Assembly: GCA_041690295.1 (NCBI GenBank)
Contig: JAWLHR010000005.1
Coordinates: forward strand, 64,001 to 128,000
Source: Bdellovibrionales bacterium
Lineage (GTDB): Bacteria > Bdellovibrionota > Bdellovibrionia > Bdellovibrionales > UBA1609
Direction of reading: 5' to 3'
DNA length: 64,000 bases
Shown here one piece after another: positions 48,593-57,911 of the stretch (the first letter of the stretch is position 1; each line of letters begins with the position of its first letter). The translations under genes were made by a program, and so were the position numbers. The notes below the pieces were generated by a model that had not been told where the DNA came from, did no database searches, and was given only the letters and a program-made list of their open reading frames with translations.

Positions 48593-51500
48593 TTAACGCG
48601 AACCCACGGTGTGATTATTGTGGCAGCGGGTGAAGTCGTATTGGGGCGAGGTCGCCTGGTCAGACAGATAACTCAATAACTTTTCAACCGGCAGTGGTTT
48701 GATTGATTGGGCCTTGATGTTGATCACGCCGCTCGCTTTTTCCAAAATGCCGCAAACATGCAGCAAGGGATGATAGATCAGAGTTAAACGAAACTGATCG
48801 TAAATATCCGGCGGCAAAACCACATTGATCAAACCGGATTCGTCTTCCAAGGTGAGAAAAGCGAAACCCTTCGCCGTGGGCGGGCGTTGTTGCAAGCTGA
48901 GGAGACCGGCCACGCGAACGGGCATGCCGTTGCGGAGGCTCGATAACCGGTGAGCTTTCGTGAACGGCGGCGAGTTGCGCACGCGCTGCCAATCCGACCA
49001 GCGCTCAAGGGCCGGCCGCAAAATTCCCAGCGGGTGACGAACCAAAGAAAATCCTTGCGAGCGGTATTCGCGGTTCAGTTTTTCCCATTCATCTTCCACG
49101 GGTAGCAACTCCTCGTCCCGCTCTTCGGCGGTGGTGAAGAATAAACTTTGCTCATCCAGGCTCAAAGCTTGAATTCGCCACAGGGCTTGGCGGGGCGGCA
49201 GACCCAACGATTCAAAAGCGTCCGCGGCGGCGAGCTGCATGAGCGTGCTTTTGGGCAACCGAGTCCGGCGGATCAAATCGCTTAAATCCTTGAACGGGCC
49301 GTTACGCTCGCGTTCCTCAACGGTTTCTTGGATGTGTTTTTCTTTTAAACCGTAGATGGCGCGAAAACCCGCGCGCACGCATTCGCCTTCGATCGTGTAA
49401 TCGTATTCGGATTTCTGAATGTCGATGCCGAGAAACTTCACCCCATGCCTTTGCGCGTCCATGATCAAAGCGCGGGGTGAATAAAAACCCATGGGCTGCG
49501 CGTTCAGAAGTCCTGTCACAAAGATTTCAGGATAATGGCATTTGATATAGCAGCTGGTGTAGGTGATGAGCGCGAAACTCGCGGCATGACTTTCAGGAAA
49601 ACCGTAAGAAGCGAAACCCACGATGGTTTGGTAAATCTGTTCGGCGTACTGCTGGGAGATACCGTGATCCAACATGCCGCTGATCAAACGCTGGCGCAAA
49701 CCGAGCATGAGATCCTGTTTCTTCCAGCTCGAAGACATAATTCGCCGAAGCTCGTCGGCTTCTCCCGGAGAAAATCCGCCCACCGTGGACGCGATCTGCA
49801 TGATTTGCTCTTGAAAGATCGGAACTCCGCAGGTGCGCTCGAGAATCGGCTTCAAGTCTTCGTGGGCGTAGGTCACAGGTTCCAGCCCGTCGCGCCGGCG
49901 GATGAAGGGATGAATCATTCCGCCCTGGATCGGACCCGGCCGGATGATGGCCACCTCAATCACCAAGTCGTAAAAGTTTCGGGGCTTGAGCCGCGGCAGT
50001 AAAGACATCTGCGCGCGTGATTCGATTTGGAAAGTGCCCACCGTGTCGGCGCGACCGATCATTTCGTATGTGGCCGGATCATCGGACGGAACATTGTAAA
50101 GATCGTAATGAACGCCGCGATGTTTTTTCAGCAACTCAAAACATTTTTGCAGGGCGGTGAGCATGCCAAGTCCCAGAACGTCGATCTTCAGCATTTTCAA
50201 AATGTTCAGATCGTCTTTGTTCCATTGGATGACGTAGCGTTGGTCCATGGTGGCTTTTTCCACCGGCACGCATTCCATGATCGGCCGCTTGGCGATTAAA
50301 AAACCGCCGGGGTGAATGCCCAGATGCCGGGGAAAGCCCACCAAGGCGCGGGCGATTTGCAGCCAGAGTTTGAAGGTCTTCTCATCGATTTTCCACTCCC
50401 GTGCTTTTTCAGGCGCGGACTCCAGGCGGGAGATGCCTTCGCGCCCCATGAACTTCACGGCTTCATCGATGGTCGGCAAAGGAATGCCCAGCACTTTGGC
50501 GGATTCGCGCAAAGCCATGCGCGAGCGATAGCAGATCACGTTGCACACCATGGCCGCGTGTTCGGAGCCGTACTTTTGATAAATGTACTGGATGACTTCC
50601 TCGCGCCGGCCGCTTTCGAAATCGATGTCGATATCGGGAGGCTCGCCGCGTTCTTTGGAAATGAAACGCTCGAACAGAAGTTGCACTTTGGTGGGATCGA
50701 CGGCGGTGAGGCCGAGCGCGTAGCACACCACCGAATTGGCGGCCGAGCCGCGCCCTTGGTGTAAAATGCCCTCACGCACGGCGAACTGGCACACATCCCA
50801 AAGGGTTAAAAAATAATCCTCGAATCGCAGTTCGTGAATCAGCGCCAGTTCGTGTTCAACCATTTCGCGAACCTTCGGGCTGATGCCGTTCGGGAATCGC
50901 CATTTCAACCCTTGCTCGGTGAGCAGGCGAAGGTATTCATCAGCTTCCATTCCGGGCGGTCGCGCGGCCTCGGGGTATTCGTATCGCAGTTCTTTTAAAG
51001 AAAACTGAATGCGCCGGGCGATGTCGGCGGTTTTGTAAAGAAGGTCGGGTCGATCGGCCCAGATCTTCACCAACTCGGAAATGGGCTTCAAGTGACGTTC
51101 GCCATTGGTGATCAAACGGGTTTTCGCTTCCCGCAAGGTGCATTTGTGCAAAATGCAAGTCAGCACATCGAGAACCGGTTTGCGCTCGGCCGCGTGCATG
51201 AACGGACGTTGAGTGGCGAAAAGTTCGAAACCATGTTGTTCTTCGAGAATCAAAGCCTGCCGGTAGTAGTGAAGGGATTCCCATGTGTAGTCTTTCCACA
51301 CCGGCAGATAAAGACGGTCGTGGTAAATGTCACGCAATTGGTTCAGTAGCCCAGGCTCCCACGGCGGCAAAGCGAAGGCCATCAAGTCATCGCTGTAAAG
51401 AGCCAGGATATCCAAGGTGAGATTGGAAAAACCTTTTTCGCTATTCCGTTTGCTCTCGGTGATGATCCGGCAAAGATTGGTGTAGCCGTCTTTGTTGAGG

Positions 51501-51847
51501 GGGATCAGCGCCACGGAAGTTTTATTGGCCAGTTGCATCTCGGCGCCGCAGTAAAAATGAAAGGGCCGGTTGGATATTTTATGCGCCAGAAATTCGGAAG
51601 GATACTCGATCGCCTGAAAAGCGCGGACAACTCCATAAAGGCCATTGAGATCGCAAAGAGCCAGGCCTTCATAACCTAGCTCCTTGGCCTGCAAAACCAT
51701 TTCTTCGGGATGGGATGCGCCCTGCAGAAAAGAAAAATTGGATCGGGCGAGCAATTCAACAAAAGGATGCTCCCGGTCGGCGCTGACCGGTGCATCGCGC
51801 TTAATCGAAATAACCGTGGAGGTAATATTGGTTTTCGATCCGGTCAT
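48593..51847 (-). CDS. dnaE2: Error-prone DNA polymerase DnaE2 (ImuC)
   Basis: SNFSFLQGASHPEE, GRGSAANS, PPDIDIDFE, YGFPESHA and QRPPTAKG. Confidence 0.96.
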   Translation of the reverse strand: MTGSKTNITSTVISIKRDAPVSADREHPFVELLARSNFSFLQGASHPEEMVLQAKELGYEGLALCDLNGLYGVVRAFQAIEYPSEFLAHKISNRPFHFYCGAEMQLANKTSVALIPLNKDGYTNLCRIITESKRNSEKGFSNLTLDILALYSDDLMAFALPPWEPGLLNQLRDIYHDRLYLPVWKDYTWESLHYYRQALILEEQHGFELFATQRPFMHAAERKPVLDVLTCILHKCTLREAKTRLITNGERHLKPISELVKIWADRPDLLYKTADIARRIQFSLKELRYEYPEAARPPGMEADEYLRLLTEQGLKWRFPNGISPKVREMVEHELALIHELRFEDYFLTLWDVCQFAVREGILHQGRGSAANSVVCYALGLTAVDPTKVQLLFERFISKERGEPPDIDIDFESGRREEVIQYIYQKYGSEHAAMVCNVICYRSRMALRESAKVLGIPLPTIDEAVKFMGREGISRLESAPEKAREWKIDEKTFKLWLQIARALVGFPRHLGIHPGGFLIAKRPIMECVPVEKATMDQRYVIQWNKDDLNILKMLKIDVLGLGMLTALQKCFELLKKHRGVHYDLYNVPSDDPATYEMIGRADTVGTFQIESRAQMSLLPRLKPRNFYDLVIEVAIIRPGPIQGGMIHPFIRRRDGLEPVTYAHEDLKPILERTCGVPIFQEQIMQIASTVGGFSPGEADELRRIMSSSWKKQDLMLGLRQRLISGMLDHGISQQYAEQIYQTIVGFASYGFPESHAASFALITYTSCYIKCHYPEIFVTGLLNAQPMGFYSPRALIMDAQRHGVKFLGIDIQKSEYDYTIEGECVRAGFRAIYGLKEKHIQETVEERERNGPFKDLSDLIRRTRLPKSTLMQLAAADAFESLGLPPRQALWRIQALSLDEQSLFFTTAEERDEELLPVEDEWEKLNREYRSQGFSLVRHPLGILRPALERWSDWQRVRNSPPFTKAHRLSSLRNGMPVRVAGLLSLQQRPPTAKGFAFLTLEDESGLINVVLPPDIYDQFRLTLIYHPLLHVCGILEKASGVINIKAQSIKPLPVEKLLSYLSDQATSPQYDFTRCHNNHTVGSR

Positions 51848-53111
51848 AAAAGATCCACAGGAATTCCTGTTTGGGTGAAATGGCGAAGTAATAATCCCGT
51901 CCGCGCGAACTTTCCCACCAGCTGTCTTCAAGGCGTTCGATCGGTTGGGAGCTTAAAAACTGCAGACGGTCCAACTCCGTTTTGGAAAGCGCGCGCGGTT
52001 TCTTTAATAAACGCGACGGGCGCGGTGATTGGTTTAAAGCCGCGCTGTAAGCCGGACGGATTTGAAAGCTTTGGCCTTCGACTTCCACGGAGTCTTCGAT
52101 GGGTTCGTAATCCTCGAATTCCGGCGTGACCCGCCAACCGTCTTCGGGCCAGATTTCATCTTGCGGGCGTAAGAACCCCGTGGTCAGCCGGGCCTGATGA
52201 AAAACGCTCACCAGCTGTTCCATTTTCTCGCGATCACTGACTCTCGGCTCGAAAAAGGAAAGCTGGTGAATTTTTTCTGGACAGGGCACGACTTCGACTT
52301 CGATTTGTTTGATCGGGTTGTCCAAGTTCACATCGGCCAGCTTGTTTTCCAATAACTTCATGAAAAGTTCCTGATTGCGATTGGGTGAGGCCGGCTCCAA
52401 TTCGATCACGTGCACTTTTTCCGAGTATTCGCAGAACAAATTAATGATCATCCGGCGGGCGTACTCGCCCCGTCCTTGCAAGCGGGCGAAAAGCCGCTTC
52501 ACGCTCTGCTCAAGGCAATGGAGAAGGAAGGGGAGCAGGGAGACGGGAAAATCCAGATAAACATAGTCTTGAACCGCTTCGGTGGGGAGCAATGGGGAGA
52601 TCACTTGTTTGTCGAGGCCGTGCAGGCGTTTCCACACCAGCGTTCCGGTTTCCTTCCAGCGTTCGCGGAAGGAGTCGATCTGAAATTTACGGATCTGATT
52701 CAGTCTGTGAATGCCGATGCCATGGAAAAAGTCGATGATGTTCTCGATTTCCTGGCTGGAGCGCCAAGCGATCAGGCCTTCCAGCTGATGCAGGCGGGAC
52801 AAAGGCGCTTGGCTGAGATCATTAATCTCATGGGCGGGCAGGGAAATGGCGCCGGGTTTTTCATTGGCCAGAACCTGGGCGCCCCACGGCGAATCGGAAA
52901 TGGCCGCCACGGTCTCGGGGAAAAACTCCTTCGAGACCTGCACGGCTTCGTTCATGAGATTTTGTTCGCCGCCGAAAAGCTTCGCGGTGGATGTGATATC
53001 GAGAAACACCAGCCCCGGCGCGCGATAATGCACGCGAGGGCTGAAGGTGAGAAAATTCTCAGCGACAGAGGGCGCGGCGTCCCGCTGCAAGCAGAGGCAA
53101 AGTGTCCGCAT
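51801..53111 (-). CDS. imuB: ImuB-like inactive Y-family polymerase
   Basis: FSPRV, LDIT..LFGGE, ERLEDSWW..RDYY and YLHGYFD; lies between imuA and dnaE2. Confidence 0.88.
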   Translation of the reverse strand: MRTLCLCLQRDAAPSVAENFLTFSPRVHYRAPGLVFLDITSTAKLFGGEQNLMNEAVQVSKEFFPETVAAISDSPWGAQVLANEKPGAISLPAHEINDLSQAPLSRLHQLEGLIAWRSSQEIENIIDFFHGIGIHRLNQIRKFQIDSFRERWKETGTLVWKRLHGLDKQVISPLLPTEAVQDYVYLDFPVSLLPFLLHCLEQSVKRLFARLQGRGEYARRMIINLFCEYSEKVHVIELEPASPNRNQELFMKLLENKLADVNLDNPIKQIEVEVVPCPEKIHQLSFFEPRVSDREKMEQLVSVFHQARLTTGFLRPQDEIWPEDGWRVTPEFEDYEPIEDSVEVEGQSFQIRPAYSAALNQSPRPSRLLKKPRALSKTELDRLQFLSSQPIERLEDSWWESSRGRDYYFAISPKQEFLWIFYDRIENQYYLHGYFD

Positions 53112-53736
53112 AGAGGTCACTCCTTTCCAGTGTGGTTGGGGTTGGTCGATGCAAGGCGCGAATCACGCACACTTCTTTTTTCTGAAAATGAAGCACCAGC
53201 GAGTAAAATGAACTGAGACGCTGGGGAGTTTTTCGGCTGAATAAAACCAAAGAGGTTTGAAAGCGCGAAGCCTGGCTTTTTAATTTTAAAATATGATGAT
53301 CCTTCGGCGCCCATTCGCCTAAATCACAACCGATCAGTTCGAATAAACTTAAGGACATGAGTTCCTGTAAGACCCAAAGCCTTTGCCGCTCATCATGGGG
53401 AGGGGAGACATAAAGAAAACGACTCAAGTCCACGCCGCGCGCGCGTAAACTCCATGCGGTCAAAGAGGTTGCGGAATCATTCACCCACGCCGCCCATTGT
53501 CCGTGCCCGGTCACCAAAGCCGCGCTCCGTAACCAAAGCGAAGTGGCGCCGCCGGCCTCGGTGAGCATCAGGGAAACGGAGCTTTTGGGAAAGCCATGCC
53601 ATAGTAAAAATCGATCCAGTTTATTCCAGCCGGTGGGCACTCCCGGCGGCGGTTGGACCTGTTCACTGGAAAGCAATCGGGGTCCAAGTTCACGCTTAAG
53701 TTTATTTATTTGCTCCACACTCGCGAGCGTCGCCAT
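53059..53736 (-). CDS. imuA: ImuA-like RecA-fold protein
   Basis: PTGWNKLDRFL..GFP, AAWV and GVDLSRFLYV; operon position. Confidence 0.8.
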   Translation of the reverse strand: MATLASVEQINKLKRELGPRLLSSEQVQPPPGVPTGWNKLDRFLLWHGFPKSSVSLMLTEAGGATSLWLRSAALVTGHGQWAAWVNDSATSLTAWSLRARGVDLSRFLYVSPPHDERQRLWVLQELMSLSLFELIGCDLGEWAPKDHHILKLKSQASRFQTSLVLFSRKTPQRLSSFYSLVLHFQKKEVCVIRALHRPTPTTLERSDLYADTLPLLAAGRRALCR

Positions 53737-53794
53737 GGATACACCTCGGCCCGAAAGCGATTTTCCAGGCCTGACTTCAAAAGAACTCGCCGCT

Positions 53795-54601
53795 TTAAAA
53801 ACGGCGCATTAAGCCCACGACAATACCTTGGATATCGACTTCATAAGGCGCGTACCACAATGATTTCATAGTGGCATTGGCCGGCCTCAACTCCACTTGT
53901 TGTTGTGGTGAAGGCGGGTGTTGTGCATGACTCTGTGGATTCCTGTGGATATCGGGGGATGTCGGGGGGGTTCTATGTAAATAAAATTTTTTTACGGTGG
54001 CTTGGTTGTTGATCATGGCCACCACGGTCTCGCCGTTATTCGCGTAAGTTTGTTTCTGCACCAGAATCACATCACCGTCGAGAATGCCGTCTTCAATCAT
54101 TGATTGGCCTTGCACGATCAAGGCGTAGGTTTTTCCCGGATGCCGGACCATGGTGGAGGGCACGTCGATGGTTTCATCATTCATGAAGGCTTCGATCGGG
54201 GAACCCGCGGCCACCCGCCCTAAAAGGGGCAAAGAAAGGACTTCCGCCGCCGGAGAAGACGTAAGCGGCGAAAGTCCCTTCCTTGAAGTGGGAAATGGGT
54301 TTGGGTTTTTGGGAAACCCTGCGGAAGCGCTTATTCGCTCCTGCAGAGAATTTGGAACCGATTGTGAAGAATTTAAAACCTGCAGCGCCCGTTTCTGATT
54401 GCCGCCGGGGAAATAGATGTAATTCTTGTCCTGCAGTTGCTTGAGATATCTTTGTACGGAATTGAAAGAGGCGAATCCGAAATGGTCCCGGATCTCCTGA
54501 AAGGTGGGCGCGACTTTGTTTTCCTCAATGAAAGTTTCGATGAACTCGAGAACTTTGAGTTCTTTAAGACTCAGCGGTTTTGGTTTCTTCCGAGGGGGCA
54601 T
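53795..54601 (-). CDS. lexA: SOS repressor LexA
   Basis: PTFQEIRDHFGFAS wHTH; VAAG cleavage site; GQSM Ser; ATVKK Lys; GGAGGA RBS. Confidence 0.95.
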   Translation of the reverse strand: MPPRKKPKPLSLKELKVLEFIETFIEENKVAPTFQEIRDHFGFASFNSVQRYLKQLQDKNYIYFPGGNQKRALQVLNSSQSVPNSLQERISASAGFPKNPNPFPTSRKGLSPLTSSPAAEVLSLPLLGRVAAGSPIEAFMNDETIDVPSTMVRHPGKTYALIVQGQSMIEDGILDGDVILVQKQTYANNGETVVAMINNQATVKKFYLHRTPPTSPDIHRNPQSHAQHPPSPQQQVELRPANATMKSLWYAPYEVDIQGIVVGLMRRF

Positions 54602-54623
54602 TTGTCCTCCGCGCCTACAATAA

Positions 54624-54663
54624 CTTACTTCATGTGTAAGAATATGTGTAAGTTATGTGTAAG
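54624..54663. promoter_or_regulatory. Candidate LexA operator region
   Basis: ATGTGTAAG three times (54632, 54644, 54655) plus CTTAC-N7-GTAAG inverted repeat. Confidence 0.6.
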
Positions 54664-54716
54664 TCAAGAGGGTGGACCAGGGTCGGGTTTTTTTGTTTCA
54701 AAACGAAACAAACCCC

Positions 54717-54744
54717 TTTAGACTATCTATATAAAAGCCGATCG
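54717..54744 (+). promoter_or_regulatory. Candidate sigma28 (FliA) promoter
   Basis: TTTAG-N15-GCCGATCG, 10 bp before ATG 54755. Confidence 0.45.
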
Positions 54745-54754
54745 AAATATTGGG

Positions 54755-56317
54755 ATGCGCATCAACCAACGCGGGTTTTCATTAGTCGAGATACTGGTTG
54801 TGACGGCCATGATCATGGGGCTGGTGTTAGCATTGAGCCATTTCCAAGACGGAATGGTCAATTCCTCCAGCAACGACCTTCAACGCGCCTGTGAAGTCCA
54901 CGCCCGCTCGGTCATAGATGTTGTGAGCGAGGAAACTCTCTACCGGCAATTCATCAACTACATGCCGATCTCCGCCAACCGTACGCCGCCCGGGAATGCT
55001 TTCACCGCCACACGGGCGGTTCCCTCGGCCGGCGACTATTTCTCTGAATCAGGAATGACTTACATGATCTCCACCGCTCCAACGGATACGCAAGATGGTG
55101 TGAACGGCGGCAATGGCGTGACCCTTCGCTCACATAAATTGATCCAAGGTACGCTCCGTACGCTCGCCGTCATCTACAATGACAACGCGGGGATTCGCTG
55201 CCAGTTCGGCGACTACGCGCCACTGACCGGACTTGCGCCGCCGGAATATCTGGAAAGGTATGCACCTCAAGTTCAAGTGCAAATACGCCCGTACAATTCA
55301 CTCACCGGAGCCAGTGTTTGCGGCGCGACTGTCGATCCGCGGCCAAGTAGCATTTTCCCCAACAATTCATGGGCGAGCGCCTTCGCCACCGGTTCGGGGG
55401 GGCATGCACCTCCAAGCAATCGCGAGGCCTATTCCAAGGCCGGGTCTCACCCGCAACCGCCGAACTTTAACGCCAACACGCGTATCGCCAACTCATCAAC
55501 CGCGACCGGCGACGTTGGCATTGAACTCGTCGTTCAGGTGAACTACACGGTCAATGGTGCGACCAAACGCTGTTTGGCTTCGCGAAAATTTGAGTACCCG
55601 GCGGATAGTTCTTTTCCTCCGCCACCGGATGTGGCCCGAGTGTCGGCCAACACCACTTGGCCGAATCCCGGAGATTGCAATACGAACCCGCCGGCGAATA
55701 GAAACGCGTCACTGCAAATGGGTTATCAAACAGGCACTCCGCCCCGAGGTTTTCAACTTATTTGCCGCGACTTGAGCTGGCAGGAGAATTGGCAACCCAA
55801 TCCGGCGCCGGCCTATCCAAATGAAGTTTGTATACGTAACGGGGCCGTCGCGCCAAACCATTACGCCTATGGACCGGATCCGGCGCTGCAATCTTTTCCT
55901 CGGGATAATCGTTGGGTGCCGTGCGATCAATTGCGGCAATGTGGAGTGTCCCCGAGTTCGGTCAATTACAGCCAATCGCAAGCGAACACATCCGCGGGTC
56001 CGCACATTCTCACTTTGAACTATGTGAATCTTCCCTATGGATGCGTCATGAATTTCGAAGTGGTGTCCGTTTCTCCGTCCGGAAATATGTCCATCGCCAG
56101 CCCGGCCAGCGGACCGACCTCGCCCGGAAACAGGGTTTTCTTGGAAGACGCCGCTCCGGGAATCATGAACCAGGCCCGGATCTGGCGCGCGACGTGCGGC
56201 GGAGCCGCCCAGTGTTGGGATGAATGGGGCTATTTCGGTTCTTACTTTTACTACACTTGCCGCATTGGCGGATGCTGTGTCGGTGCCGGATGTTCACCGT
56301 ATGTCGGCCCGTTCTAA
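54755..56317 (+). CDS. Large prepilin-type N-terminal cleavage/methylation protein
   Basis: QRG/FSLVEILVV; Cys-rich C-terminus. Confidence 0.85.
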   Translation: MRINQRGFSLVEILVVTAMIMGLVLALSHFQDGMVNSSSNDLQRACEVHARSVIDVVSEETLYRQFINYMPISANRTPPGNAFTATRAVPSAGDYFSESGMTYMISTAPTDTQDGVNGGNGVTLRSHKLIQGTLRTLAVIYNDNAGIRCQFGDYAPLTGLAPPEYLERYAPQVQVQIRPYNSLTGASVCGATVDPRPSSIFPNNSWASAFATGSGGHAPPSNREAYSKAGSHPQPPNFNANTRIANSSTATGDVGIELVVQVNYTVNGATKRCLASRKFEYPADSSFPPPPDVARVSANTTWPNPGDCNTNPPANRNASLQMGYQTGTPPRGFQLICRDLSWQENWQPNPAPAYPNEVCIRNGAVAPNHYAYGPDPALQSFPRDNRWVPCDQLRQCGVSPSSVNYSQSQANTSAGPHILTLNYVNLPYGCVMNFEVVSVSPSGNMSIASPASGPTSPGNRVFLEDAAPGIMNQARIWRATCGGAAQCWDEWGYFGSYFYYTCRIGGCCVGAGCSPYVGPF

Positions 56318-56322
56318 TCTGA

Positions 56323-57072
56323 CTATTTAGTGATGATTCCCACCATTTGAGTCGACCAATCCTCGGGATTGGGACAACCATTAAAATTCAGGCAAGCCCG
56401 TAACAAAATACAATCGAGATTTTGCGCGGGCGGGTTCGTGCATCGTTTGCAAGTTTCATTGCCGACGGTGGCGGCCGTACATGTGACATTGTCAATTGTG
56501 TTATTGGGCGCTCCGGCCAGTGTGGGCAAATGGGCCCCCGCCGCGGTTTGCGCCACTAACAAATTGTGCAAACCCCCAAGCAATTTTTTACGATAATGAT
56601 TGGCGAAAAACTCTCTCTCTCGCCATGTCTGGACGACGACGAACTTCCAATAACGATAAGGATCTTTTTCCACCTCGATATTCAATGAGCTGACTTGCAA
56701 GCCATTGGGCTCTCCCACACAAAGGCGTAAGGGAACGGCGTCATTGGGCGACGATAGCGGGTGACGAATGCATTTTTCATCGGTGACTCCGGGACGCCAG
56801 CAGAATCGGGCGGGCTGTTCTTGTGTGAATGGAGCCGGGCATCCGCCTGGTTGATTGCTTTGCCATCGTTCATGCGCTTTTTGCGCGAGCAAAGCGAAAT
56901 CCTGCAGCACCTGGAGACTCAAGTTGCGGATCTTATGGCGCTGAAGCTGCCTGACGAAGTTTTCATGATGAAACCGGATTCCGGCGACGAGGCCGCCCAG
57001 AACAACCGCCACAACAAGAACCAACAAAATAAGCGTTGAACCTCGATTTCCCATTTTGCCCTTTTCGATCAT
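56323..57072 (-). CDS. PilX/GspK-like minor pilin (no Glu5), Cys-rich
   Basis: NRG/STLILLVLVV; ATGA coupling to the upstream prepilin gene. Confidence 0.6.
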   Translation of the reverse strand: MIEKGKMGNRGSTLILLVLVVAVVLGGLVAGIRFHHENFVRQLQRHKIRNLSLQVLQDFALLAQKAHERWQSNQPGGCPAPFTQEQPARFCWRPGVTDEKCIRHPLSSPNDAVPLRLCVGEPNGLQVSSLNIEVEKDPYRYWKFVVVQTWREREFFANHYRKKLLGGLHNLLVAQTAAGAHLPTLAGAPNNTIDNVTCTAATVGNETCKRCTNPPAQNLDCILLRACLNFNGCPNPEDWSTQMVGIITK

Positions 57073-57890
57073 CGAATGACCGGCAGGACCGGATGAAATG
57101 AGAACACCGGTCCCAAGACCCGCTCTTCAAATCCGCCCGCCAATCCAAAATCCGTTGTTCTTCGTAAAAGATTGTTCTTCAACAAGATGGTGAACCTGTG
57201 CTCGTAATCCGCCCAATGGGAATTGGGATTACAAGCCGCGAGCACGCCGATGTCAGCCGCCGGGCACCAAGTGCGCGGCGTGTTCCGACTTGTATGATAG
57301 CGAATGGCCAGCTCCACATCGAGACTGACAACGCGATCGTAAAGGGGATGGCGATTCTTAACCATCCGCAGGCGTGACACCCGGTCGATGTATTGATCGG
57401 CGTAATCAGGGGACATCGTGGGTCCGGGAACCGCTCCCGGCGCGGGTCCCATATCGACAAAAATCACGCCCGATGTGTTTTGCGCGGCTTCCGGTCGGCG
57501 ATACCAGATGGCGGTTTTGCGCGGGATTCCGTTTTGCATTCCCGGCGCGCTTTGCGCGCTTTCCCTGAGAAAAACCGCAAGAGCTGTCCAGGCGGCGGGG
57601 GTATCCGCGATGCGATTGAAATCGATGCCGTTGAGAATGCGGCCCGGATTGTTGCCCAAATTAGCCGGGATCGTACCAGGGGTGTGATGAATTTCCAAAG
57701 CTTGTGAGAAAACCGTCTTAAGGAGCACTTCGGCCCGAACCGCCACCTCCTGTGCTTCCATTTTTTCAGTCATTCTCAGGTAGTTATTAACCGCCATATT
57801 GGCGACGCCGCCGATTATAAAAACCACGAGCGTGCCGATACCGGCCGCGATCACCAACTCGGTTAAAGAAAATCCTCTTTGTAATCTCAC
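57069..57890 (-). CDS. Prepilin-type (PilW/GspJ-like) minor pilin
   Basis: QRG/FSLTELVIA. Confidence 0.8.
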   Translation of the reverse strand: MRLQRGFSLTELVIAAGIGTLVVFIIGGVANMAVNNYLRMTEKMEAQEVAVRAEVLLKTVFSQALEIHHTPGTIPANLGNNPGRILNGIDFNRIADTPAAWTALAVFLRESAQSAPGMQNGIPRKTAIWYRRPEAAQNTSGVIFVDMGPAPGAVPGPTMSPDYADQYIDRVSRLRMVKNRHPLYDRVVSLDVELAIRYHTSRNTPRTWCPAADIGVLAACNPNSHWADYEHRFTILLKNNLLRRTTDFGLAGGFEERVLGPVFSFHPVLPVIR

Positions 57891-57911
57891 TCGAATAAAG
57901 TCTAAGTTAGG

